Part shown: positions 1 to 7,921 of the stretch, one piece after another
How positions within the stretch are numbered: the stretch's first letter is position 1
Layout of the letters: each line of letters starts with the position of its first letter
NCBI GenBank assembly: GCA_963715195.1
Contig: CAVQRT010000004.1
Coordinates: 1-19,053 of the forward strand
Source of the DNA: Thermodesulfovibrionales bacterium
GTDB taxonomy: Bacteria > Nitrospirota > Thermodesulfovibrionia > Thermodesulfovibrionales > SM23-35
Direction of reading: 5' to 3'
Length of the DNA stretch: 19,053 bases
Translations under genes and position numbers: made by a program
The notes under the pieces: generated by a model
Told to the model about the DNA's origin: nothing
The model's database searches: none
The model's input: only the letters and a program-made list of their open reading frames with translations

Positions 1-1
1 A

Positions 2-100
2 AAGCATCTCGACGGTGACAGTATTTCAGCCGAGGGCGAAAGGCTCATCGGCCGCTGTGTCAGGATATTCGACCCGTGCCTCAGTTGCGCCACACACTGA
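2..100 (+). CDS. 3' end of a [NiFe]-hydrogenase large subunit (partial, runs off the window start)
   Basis: Frame +2 reads KHLDGDSISAEGERLIGRCVRIFDPCLSCATH*, containing the L2 motif DPCxxCxxH. TGA at 98-100 follows the His directly. Not in the supplied ORF track. Confidence 0.9.
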   Translation, partial: KHLDGDSISAEGERLIGRCVRIFDPCLSCATH

Positions 101-107
101 AGAAGAC

Positions 108-143
108 AGGGTTCGAGGATTCCAGGGTCCAAGGATTCAAGTG
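108..143 (+). repeat. Left arm of a 36-bp imperfect inverted repeat made of 8-bp units
   Basis: AGGGTTCG AGGATTCC AGGGTCCA AGGATTCA AGTG; 31/36 identical to the reverse complement of 637-672. Confidence 0.85.
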
Positions 144-176
144 CGCTATACCAGCAGTAAATTTAGTCCCCCTATT

Positions 177-200
177 TGTCATTCTCGCTTGGCGAGAATC
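177..200 (+). repeat. REP-like hairpin, single copy
   Basis: TGTC-ATTCTCG-CTTGG-CGAGAAT-C; same layout as the copies at 1508, 4106, 14631 and 15607. Confidence 0.8.
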
Positions 201-257
201 CTTGTTTCTTTGTGGTATCATAATCAAGAGAAATAGTGCCATTTGGAGGTGATAACA

Positions 258-455
258 GTGAAGACAAAATTAAAGATGATTTATTGGAAAGGGAATAAGT
301 TCTGGGTAGGCAAACTTCTTGAACATCCGGAAATAATGACACAAGGGGAAACGATAGAAGAACTCGAAGAAAATATGAAAGATGCTTACATATTAATGAC
401 GATGGAAGATGTACCTGGGGAATATCGAGTCAAAGAACTCACCCTTGCAGTGTGA
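258..455 (+). CDS. hicB: HicB-family antitoxin, short form with no C-terminal DNA-binding domain
   Basis: GGAGGTG RBS at 245-251, GTG start at 258. Motif PEIMTQGETIEELEENMKDA is typical of HicB. Stop overlaps the hicA start (GTGA). Confidence 0.88.
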   Translation: MKTKLKMIYWKGNKFWVGKLLEHPEIMTQGETIEELEENMKDAYILMTMEDVPGEYRVKELTLAV

Positions 456-625
456 AGAGAAAAGACCTTATCAAAAAAATTACTTCTCAAGGATGTATTC
501 TCCTGAGACACGGTCAGAAGCATGACCTCTATACAAATCCAAAAACCTCCGAAAAGCAGCCTATTCCCAGGCACAATGAAATCGATGAGAATCTGGCGAG
601 ACACATTATAAAAGAATTAGCTTAA
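452..625 (+). CDS. hicA: HicA-family mRNA interferase toxin (57 aa)
   Basis: MKRKDLIKKITSQGCILLRHGQKHDLYTNPKTSEKQPIPRHNEIDENLARHIIKELA*, with the HicA GxxH and IPRH motifs. Below the ORF-track length cutoff. Confidence 0.92.
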   Translation: MKRKDLIKKITSQGCILLRHGQKHDLYTNPKTSEKQPIPRHNEIDENLARHIIKELA

Positions 626-636
626 TTTAGCCGTTT

Positions 637-672
637 CACTTGAATCCTCGGCCTCTCGAATCCTTGAACCCT
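637..672 (-). repeat. Right arm of the 36-bp inverted repeat flanking hicBA
   Basis: Reverse complement is AGGGTTCA AGGATTCG AGAGGCCG AGGATTCA AGTG. Lies between the convergent hicA and phosphodiesterase stops. Confidence 0.85.
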
Positions 673-675
673 TTC

Positions 676-1443
676 TTATATCCGTATCGTATCCCCGTCT
701 TTCAGTATCCTAAGGTTCTTTATTCCGAGTTCCTTCAATTCATCTTTGATAAGCTTAAAGTACTGTGGTTTTAAATGCGTAATACAAATCTGCTCCGGTT
801 TCTGCTGCATTTTTGCCAGTTCTTTTACCAGCAATTCCGGTGTCAGGTGTCCGCTTCGTAAGGCCATTGCACTCAGGTTATTCGGGAACGACACATCGAT
901 GATGAGGCAATTCAGCCTCTTATTCCCGAGTTTTTCCCACGTTCTGGCAGACGGCCCTGTATCTCCGGTATAAAAAAATCTCCTGCTCTTTTCATCCTGG
1001 ACAAGATACCCAACTGCAGACACAGTGTGATTCACCTCATATGGTGTAATGGTGTAACTGTTCACACGGATTGATTTCCCGGCCGAGAGCTTGACAAGGT
1101 TCAATATGGCATCATCTGGCTTGGGTAGGATCGTAAAATCAGGCCACATGGCGCTATTGAACAGATGCTGCTTGATCATTCTTAAGACCGGGGGGATGCT
1201 GTAGAGTGAGACTTTATTCTGTTTCTCCGAAACGATAATATTATCGGCAAGGAATGGAATGCTTGCGATATGATCAAGATGCGCATGAGTGATGAAGATA
1301 TGCTTTATTTTCATCTGCGCCTTTTCATCCAGCACCCCAGTAAAGCTTCCTGCATCGAATATGATCTCTTCATTCAGAAGAAAGCTCGGGGTCTTATGCC
1401 CCGGTAATTCCGCACCCGAACAGCCTATGACCTTGATTTTCAT
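676..1443 (-). CDS. 3',5'-cyclic-nucleotide phosphodiesterase, class II (metallo-beta-lactamase fold)
   Basis: THAHLDH metal-binding motif plus HLFNxxxWPDF, VNHTV, YTGDTG, GHLTP and ITHLKP. AAGGAG RBS. No signal peptide. Adjacent to an adenylate cyclase. Confidence 0.88.
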   Translation of the reverse strand: MKIKVIGCSGAELPGHKTPSFLLNEEIIFDAGSFTGVLDEKAQMKIKHIFITHAHLDHIASIPFLADNIIVSEKQNKVSLYSIPPVLRMIKQHLFNSAMWPDFTILPKPDDAILNLVKLSAGKSIRVNSYTITPYEVNHTVSAVGYLVQDEKSRRFFYTGDTGPSARTWEKLGNKRLNCLIIDVSFPNNLSAMALRSGHLTPELLVKELAKMQQKPEQICITHLKPQYFKLIKDELKELGIKNLRILKDGDTIRI

Positions 1444-1507
1444 GGCATGCTCCTTATCGCTTCCACCAGTCCCACATTTATTAAATTTCGTCCATAAAGC
1501 TATATAT

Positions 1508-1588
1508 TGTCATTCCGGCTTGGCCGGGGAATCATTTTTTCGATAACACCTCAGAAAGATTCCCGACGCGCTTCACTTGCGGGAATGA
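1508..1588. repeat. REP-like doublet (two inverted hairpin arms)
   Basis: TGTCATTCCGGCTTGGCCGGGGAATC (1508-1533) ... GATTCCCGACGCGCTTCACTTGCGGGAATGA (1558-1588). Confidence 0.8.
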
Positions 1589-1608
1589 AAAATTATGTGA
1601 ATCATACT

Positions 1609-4077
1609 TTACGAAGAGACCTTATATATCCTTACCCCCTGCTCTTTCCCTTTTACCTTCACCTTTGCAAGGTCGGTGAATTGCACCCCGCTCATTCTAC
1701 CAGATTCAATGCTATTTCTAATATGTTCAAAAGTAAACTCCGTAATCAGTATCCTCGATTCATACTGCCGTGTAATCTTTTCCACCCGCGATGCGAGATT
1801 GACCGTGTCACCGATGACCGTATAATCCATCTTCATGCCTTCAACGCCGATATTGCCGACCAGTACTTCTCCGGTGTTTATGCCTATGCCGCAGTTGAGA
1901 ACCGGCTTGCCCTCTTTCTCCCATTTTTTCTGAAGCTCATCGAGCGTCTTCGAAACCTCGAGTGCGCACTGCACCGCAAGCTCCGCATGATTCGGCTGTG
2001 CAAAGGGAGCCCCCCAGAATGCCATTATCTGGTCGCCCGCAAACTTGTCGAGGGTGCCCTGCCATTTGAATATCCCGTTGCTCATTTCCGTGAAGTATTC
2101 ATTCAGGATCGAGACGACTTCCTCCGGTTGCAGTTTTTCTGAAAGGGACGTGAAACCGATGAGGTCCATGAATAAGATCGTGACAGTTTTCCTGTCACCG
2201 CCGAGATTAACCTCCACATCCTTGTGGATGATATCTTCGACAACCTGGGGTGATAGGTAACGGGAGAGATTCGTTCTGATGATCTCTTCCCTCTTTATCT
2301 GGTCAACAAGCTTGGCGTTTTCGATAGCCACTGCCCCGCTATTCGCTAAGGTATTTAAAAGATCGATATCCTCACGGGTGTAAAAATGACCCGACTTCTT
2401 GTAGCCGAGGGCAAGGGCTCCCTTGACCGTATCCTGATGCAGGAGAGGGAGCACCATGCTTACCCCCATTCTGGAAAACCGCTCCCTGCAGGTATCCCTG
2501 ATATCTTTGTAGCGAGGGTCTTCGTTTATGTCGTAGATGGTAATCAACTTCTTGTTTTGTGAAATGAGATCAATAAACGGGTCATCGTATTGAATGCATT
2601 CGTTTTCATTGGTTTTCACGTTATCAGTCTCATCACCAATGAATATGGTTTGACACTCTTTCCTATCGGGATTCAGCATAAGAACTCCAGCTTTGTCGAT
2701 GAACATCTCAAACCTCACGGTATTGATGAGCTTCCGGATGACTTCATTGAGATCAAGCATGGAAGTCAAGGCATTACTGACTTTCGTGACTGTCTCCTTG
2801 TAATCAAACTTCTTCCTATAAAAGAGTTTGTCAACGGCGGTCTGAACCGTCCTGTTGAGTGGATTGAAAAAGAAAACGACAATAATCGCAAAAAGGACTG
2901 GGTAGATTTTTTCAGAGTGTTCGCCGAATACCGGCTCGAAAGTCGCTCTCACTCCCACCTGCAATGAAAAATACGTCAGGCCGACAACAGCAGTCATAAT
3001 GCCGTATCCAACCGCCCTCTTGATATAGACATCAACATCGAAGAGGTTATGCTTTGCTATTGCATATGCGATAGATGCAGGGAATATGATGATCGGGATT
3101 GAAGAAAAATTCGTGATAATTCTCATGCCGCCAAGGGTTTTCCCCATAAATGCGGCAAGTGGTCCAAGAACCGGGATGGGCAAAGCAAGCAGAGCTCCAA
3201 AAAGAATAACCTTCGCGCGCTGTTTCGCAAGGACTGTTGATTTCTTTGAAAAAGCATGCAGGGTTGCAACAATCAGCGCAAGGGCACTGACAGCTGCATA
3301 GGCAAGAACAACCGTATAAACCGGGCTGAACGCCGGCCGGGGATAATAGATCTGTATGGGAATAACCAGCACGGTCGAAATAATATACGGCACCACCTCA
3401 AGAAACGGACGTTTTTCGACAAGCTTTGTTTTTTCAGGAAACAGGAGGCTGAGATGAAAGACTACGGCAGGCAGAAAAGCATCATCGAAAAGATACAGCC
3501 TGACGAAACCAAAATGGGTAGACTCCATGTCAAAGGACATGAAAGACGACACACCCTGCAGGAGACAGGCCATGGAAAAAACCCAACTGACCTTTGCATC
3601 CGGTTTGAGAATATAAACGACAATGCCGAGGAACAGGTAAAGAATCCCCTGAAAAAAAAGGATGCCGAAAGTCATGGCCAAATCAATGCCTGTAAACCCC
3701 ATCGTTGGGACGGCTACTCGAAAAACTTGGGACTCTCGCGCAACCTGGTATTGAATGGGAGTGCCTATTGAGGTATTGCGGACAATTTCTTCGAGTTCCT
3801 CTGCAGACGAGACCTCTTTGTCATTTGCGCTGAGAATCTTGTCGGAAGACTTCAAACCGGCCTGTGTTCCGGTCCAGTGGTACTGACCGATATATCCGAC
3901 AACCATCCGCTGATTGACGAGAAAACCCGGGAATGGTTTATCGATCCATTGCACGGCATTCCATATGCATACTGCGCCTATCGTTAAGGCAGCAAGGATG
4001 AGTGCGATAAAAACAACCCTGCCGATGGATTGCCTGCCTGATAAGCCTTTAGAAAAAGAGGATATCATGCTCTTCAT
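1609..4077 (-). CDS. Membrane class III adenylate cyclase: TM1, extracytoplasmic PDZ-like domain, multi-TM bundle, GAF, cyclase domain
   Basis: Cyclase motifs LFMDLIGFT, DKFAGDQIMAFWG, GIGINTG and DYTVIGDTVNLASRVE; Lys/Thr purine selectors indicate ATP specificity (class IIIb). PDZ-like AGLKSSDKILSANDKEV. GAF end ...IDLLNTLANSGAVAIENA. The 4110 start lies inside a REP, so 4077 or 4068 is more likely. Confidence 0.9.
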   Translation of the reverse strand: MKSMISSFSKGLSGRQSIGRVVFIALILAALTIGAVCIWNAVQWIDKPFPGFLVNQRMVVGYIGQYHWTGTQAGLKSSDKILSANDKEVSSAEELEEIVRNTSIGTPIQYQVARESQVFRVAVPTMGFTGIDLAMTFGILFFQGILYLFLGIVVYILKPDAKVSWVFSMACLLQGVSSFMSFDMESTHFGFVRLYLFDDAFLPAVVFHLSLLFPEKTKLVEKRPFLEVVPYIISTVLVIPIQIYYPRPAFSPVYTVVLAYAAVSALALIVATLHAFSKKSTVLAKQRAKVILFGALLALPIPVLGPLAAFMGKTLGGMRIITNFSSIPIIIFPASIAYAIAKHNLFDVDVYIKRAVGYGIMTAVVGLTYFSLQVGVRATFEPVFGEHSEKIYPVLFAIIVVFFFNPLNRTVQTAVDKLFYRKKFDYKETVTKVSNALTSMLDLNEVIRKLINTVRFEMFIDKAGVLMLNPDRKECQTIFIGDETDNVKTNENECIQYDDPFIDLISQNKKLITIYDINEDPRYKDIRDTCRERFSRMGVSMVLPLLHQDTVKGALALGYKKSGHFYTREDIDLLNTLANSGAVAIENAKLVDQIKREEIIRTNLSRYLSPQVVEDIIHKDVEVNLGGDRKTVTILFMDLIGFTSLSEKLQPEEVVSILNEYFTEMSNGIFKWQGTLDKFAGDQIMAFWGAPFAQPNHAELAVQCALEVSKTLDELQKKWEKEGKPVLNCGIGINTGEVLVGNIGVEGMKMDYTVIGDTVNLASRVEKITRQYESRILITEFTFEHIRNSIESGRMSGVQFTDLAKVKVKGKEQGVRIYKVSS

Positions 4078-4105
4078 ATCTAAAATTCGGATAAGATCTT
4101 TCTCC

Positions 4106-4189
4106 GTCATTGCCCGACTTGATCGGGCAATCCAGTATCGAATAAAAAGCTCTAAAGAACTGGATTATCCGGTCAAGCCGGATAATGAC
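4106..4189. repeat. REP-like doublet with compensatory base changes
   Basis: GTC-ATTGCCCGA-CTTGA-TCGGGCAAT-CCAGT (4106-4136) and inverted GTC-ATTATCCGG-CTTGA-CCGGATAAT-CCAGT (4159-4189); both have perfect 9-bp stems. Confidence 0.88.
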
Positions 4190-4316
4190 ACCCACTGGAA
4201 CGGAGTTCGCCATGAATCTACTCAAGAATAAGCTAATCTCACAAGACAAAAGAATGCAATATGTCCTGCCCATTTTTTGGAGAGGAAATTTTCTACGTAT
4301 GTAAAAATCTTATATC

Positions 4317-5570
4317 TCAGAAATAGACCTGCAGTCCTAATCCTATGTATTGAGACTTAAAGATATTATTTGAACCGGCGAATCTGTTTCTGTAAGAAAT
4401 TGATCCGGTGAGGGGAACCGGGAATTTCTTCGCCATATAGAGCGGCAATGTCGAATAGGATAATGTGCCGATAAAAACGTGTTCTGTATAATCAGTTTCA
4501 TCTTCCAGTGATTTGTATGCATATCCTTTATTACCTGAAACATCATCTTTCAAGGCAAATCCGTATTTATAATTTAAAGTCGCATCAAATCCAGGTGTTA
4601 TGGTGTATTTCCCTGACACATCAATTTCAATAACATCACCGATGTCCCTATCAACTTTCTCCTTGTTAGCAGTAATTGGCAGGTCTACATCATCGGGGAT
4701 TCTTAATTTTTCATGATCAGGCAATATCAGATCATATCTGAATGTTGCGTTGAGCACTACATTCTTTATACCGGTGTAATCATTGTTTAAACGGAAAAGC
4801 AGTGCATAGGCACCAGCTCCTATGGGATAGGCAGTTAAATCATCAGGATCGTCTATCTCGCCGCTCGGGAACCGCACCCCCCCGGTAAAAGCAAGCCTCC
4901 ACTTTTCTGTTTTCAAATACTGATATCTGGCTCCCAATTCAATATCACCTACACCGTTATTCTTAAAAGTTCCGAATTCCTTATATCCGAAGCCGGGAAC
5001 GTCAATAGTCCCATCCCCATTGATATCAAGGCCCTTAGCTAAAAGAGCTATGACATCCTTTTTCGTCAGGGGAACTGTTCCCGGGACAGCGAGGGGGACA
5101 AGGTTATTTAAAGCAGCATTTTTACCAACGGTTGCAGCAGAGGTATCCAGACTCGATTTCACCTCATTCTTGACCCACCAATACGGCAGTAAAATTCCCA
5201 CCGAGAGCTTGTCAGTTACACCGTACATGAACGTCATTTCCGTTATTGTGAAGTAATAATCAAACGAAACATCAGTTTTCCCAAGATTTGCGGATCCCGG
5301 CGGCATGCCGAAAAAATCTTCTACAAGACTTAAATCAGTAAAGACGGTGCTATCCAAAGTGGTATTGTAATCTGTTGCTACGTCCTCGGTATCGCCATCA
5401 GGGTCATAACGCTCATTGATCTTGAAATAAAACTTGCCGTCGAGGCTGATATTTGCCACCCCCTTAGGCAACACTTCAGCACTGTCGGCATAACAAATAG
5501 CAGCGATTGCCAAAAAGATGAGACAGATTAAGAAGCTACTTCCATACATCATGCGTCTCGGCCTTTTCAT
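4317..5570 (-). CDS. Outer-membrane beta-barrel protein (MetA-pathway/'transporter'-like)
   Basis: Sec signal (...AIAAICYA-DS), GVGDIELGARYQY and GGVRFPSG motifs, amphipathic strands, C-terminal beta-signal GLGLQVYF. Family assignment is by pattern recognition only. Confidence 0.75.
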   Translation of the reverse strand: MKRPRRMMYGSSFLICLIFLAIAAICYADSAEVLPKGVANISLDGKFYFKINERYDPDGDTEDVATDYNTTLDSTVFTDLSLVEDFFGMPPGSANLGKTDVSFDYYFTITEMTFMYGVTDKLSVGILLPYWWVKNEVKSSLDTSAATVGKNAALNNLVPLAVPGTVPLTKKDVIALLAKGLDINGDGTIDVPGFGYKEFGTFKNNGVGDIELGARYQYLKTEKWRLAFTGGVRFPSGEIDDPDDLTAYPIGAGAYALLFRLNNDYTGIKNVVLNATFRYDLILPDHEKLRIPDDVDLPITANKEKVDRDIGDVIEIDVSGKYTITPGFDATLNYKYGFALKDDVSGNKGYAYKSLEDETDYTEHVFIGTLSYSTLPLYMAKKFPVPLTGSISYRNRFAGSNNIFKSQYIGLGLQVYF

Positions 5571-5620
5571 AGTTTCCCCCTTTTATGAATTTTCACTGAA
5601 CATTATATACCATCATGTGC

Positions 5621-7229
5621 CTATTTCAAAAAATATCTACGAACAATTTCATGCCACGCAATGATGCCGATCACAACTAAAGAAATAATATAGATAAACC
5701 AGTCGCCGTATCTGTTGTAAAAGGATCTTTCTGAGGTCAAAGGAATTTGTCCCACCAGATACCCTTCCACATCCACATCACGCCCTGTCAAGTCCTTGAC
5801 CCTGTCCACAATCCGTCCGTTCGGTTCAATAATGCAGGAGACCCCCGTCGAAGCAGTCCTCGCAATAGCCACACGATTTTCAATCGCCCGAAATACATTC
5901 ACAGCCAGCATCTGATAGTGGCCTGCAGGATTCCTGGTAAACCCCTCATTTGTCATGCTGACCATGAATTGAACACCCTTTGATGCCATCTCCCTGAACA
6001 ACTCAGGGAACATGTTTTCCCAGCATATGAGAACCGCGAATTTAGCTTTTCCCATATCAAAAATCGTTTTGTCTTTCCCGGGAAGCGAGTCGATCATATC
6101 TGAAACGAGCCAGGAAGGCCATTTCACATATCTTCGCAAAGGGAGGTATTCGTCGAAAGGAAGCAGGAGGATCTTATCATACCGACCAAGAGTCTCACCA
6201 AGTGGTGAAAAGAGAAACGCAGAATTCGAAAGCCTCATTGTCTGCCTCTGTTCGGGATTGAATTTATCAAATCCGCTTGATCCCACCAATAAGAAACTCC
6301 CAGTTTCCGTGGCAAGATTAGAAAGCATACCAACCCGCATCCGATCATAGGGAATCTTGCCGGGAACTGACGATGAAGGCCACAGGATAAGTATCAGGGT
6401 TGTACGCTGCCACCTTTTGGGTTAATTGTGAGTATTTCCCGAAAATCTTTTCCCTGTATTCAACATCGTTTCTGTATTTCTCTGTCAGATACTTATTATT
6501 CCAATAAATATTACCCTGTACAAGAGCAACCTTTAATTCTGAGGAATGATTATTTTGGGTGTATGATGACTTTGAAGAAACCAAAGAGTATCAGAATTCC
6601 GGCAAGAACACCAATAGATATCTTGTAAATCAATTGCATCTTATGTGGCTTGAAACCAATTTCCTCTGTTCGAAAAACATATGCATAAGCAATCTCGGTC
6701 AGAACAATATTTACTAATACGATTAAAAAAGACACCCCGTACACTCCTGCAAATGAGGCGACCTGTGCCACCGGGAGCATAGTATATTGTGAATATCCAA
6801 GCATGCCCCAGGGTGATGAAAGAAATGACATATGAGAACGGATATATTCCAGGATTACCCATATTGAAGGTAGAGTGATAAAATGCCAGCGCGATACTCT
6901 TTTTTGAAAGTACCAGGCAGATACTCCAAAAATGCCATAAAAACTTGCCTTGAAAAGTACACTTAAACCGTAATTAAAATAGTTCACCCCGTCGGTACCA
7001 AACAACCATCGGAGAAAGACACTGTAGAAGAGCAGACCCGTTGCCAGTGGAATCAGGAATGATCTGAGCAGGCTGGAATTCCTGATGACCAGCAGAAGGG
7101 GAACAAGGGCAATCCATGCGAGGTAATGCACATCGAATGGAGGGAATATGAGTATCAGGAGAATCGCCGAGACAACGGCCATCGGTATATTCAACCAGAA
7201 GTATTCCAAAAAACTATTCTTTTCATCAT
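5621..7229 (-). CDS. lnt: Apolipoprotein N-acyltransferase (Lnt)-like protein, split by 2-3 indels; catalytic Glu replaced by Ser
   Basis: Merges ORFs 6550-7269, 6345-6584 and 5621-6340. Motifs: LAWIALVPLL, WVILEYIRS, PWGMLGYSQ, GVYGVSF, VALVQGNI, LILWPSS, YDKILLLPFDEY, LICWE, FRAIENR, TGVSCII. Start uncertain (7229, 7226 or 7182). Confidence 0.85.
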
Positions 7230-7230
7230 A

Positions 7231-7260
7231 AGAAAAAAGGCCCTGTTTCTCAACAGGGCC
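7231..7260 (-). terminator. Rho-independent terminator
   Basis: Minus strand GGCCCTGTT-GAGA-AACAGGGCC-TTTTTTCT: perfect 9-bp stem, GNRA loop and U-tract, about 40 bp after the 7299 stop. Confidence 0.85.
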
Positions 7261-7298
7261 CATATACAATTATCTAATCTTGTAGTCGCAACGTAATT

Positions 7299-7826
7299 CT
7301 ACTTCACCGCCACCACGATGTCCATTATGTAATTGAAAATGTCGGATAATCCGTTGCCATAGGGGAAGTTGTGCCAATGGGTGAAGTCAAAGTCATCCGC
7401 ACTACCGAATTCCTCGACATTCCTGACTACAATCTCTGAGTTGGGGTCCATTCCAAATGCAGATAAAATCTGCGGTTTCAGTGCCTGCATAATTTGATTT
7501 TGATTGCCTGCAAAATCACCAACAACCACATTCATTTACATGGTGCAAAAAAGGTATGAAGCTCATTACTCTTCCGCAACCTTACAATCGCTCTTGCATT
7601 GGCACAATTCGCCGGCTTTCCACCAGGGTAACACTCGATAGAATCCGTAATGTTCCATAGCTACCACTCCCACAAGTTTCTCACCCGGGGCATCTCCCTG
7701 TATCGCAAGCCCTCTCGGTATTTCACCTTCGGGTTTCTCGGGAGAACCCGATCCCGCAAAAGCGACGGGAACGAGAATGAATAAAATCCCCATGCTCACA
7801 ACCAGCAATGTTGTAAATCGTTTCAT
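7299..7826 (-). CDS. Small secreted hypothetical protein (about 170 aa; frameshifted)
   Basis: AAAGGAGGT RBS; signal peptide MKRFTTLLVVSMGILFILVPVAFA. ORFs 7566-7826 and 7299-7535 join through an intermediate frame (ECYPGGKPANCANARAIVRLRKSNELHTFFA). Confidence 0.65.
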
Positions 7827-7921
7827 GTTAACCTCCTTTTTGAATTGTCATTTTATTCATAACTACCAAGACAACTAATACGTTATCAATCTTTTCAATC
7901 ACCTCCCTTTCTTCACGATGT

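Noticed and set aside
108..143. Possible CRISPR array or iterons
   Set aside because: Only four contiguous octamers, with no spacers and no cas or rep gene.
15..236. 73-aa ORF on the + strand
   Set aside because: It overlaps the real hydrogenase frame and runs through two repeats; spurious.
1594..1612. TGTGA half-site as a CRP box near the cyclase/PDE
   Set aside because: No TCACA half at 6-bp spacing.
746..4273. Several + strand ORFs and ORF 4049-4273
   Set aside because: Antisense shadows of the PDE and cyclase, or translations of REP palindromes.
5485..5520. Lipobox in the barrel signal peptide (AAIC); likewise SHAAC in the HExxH protein
   Set aside because: Neither fits [LVI][ASTVI][GAS]C; signal peptidase I cleavage is more plausible.
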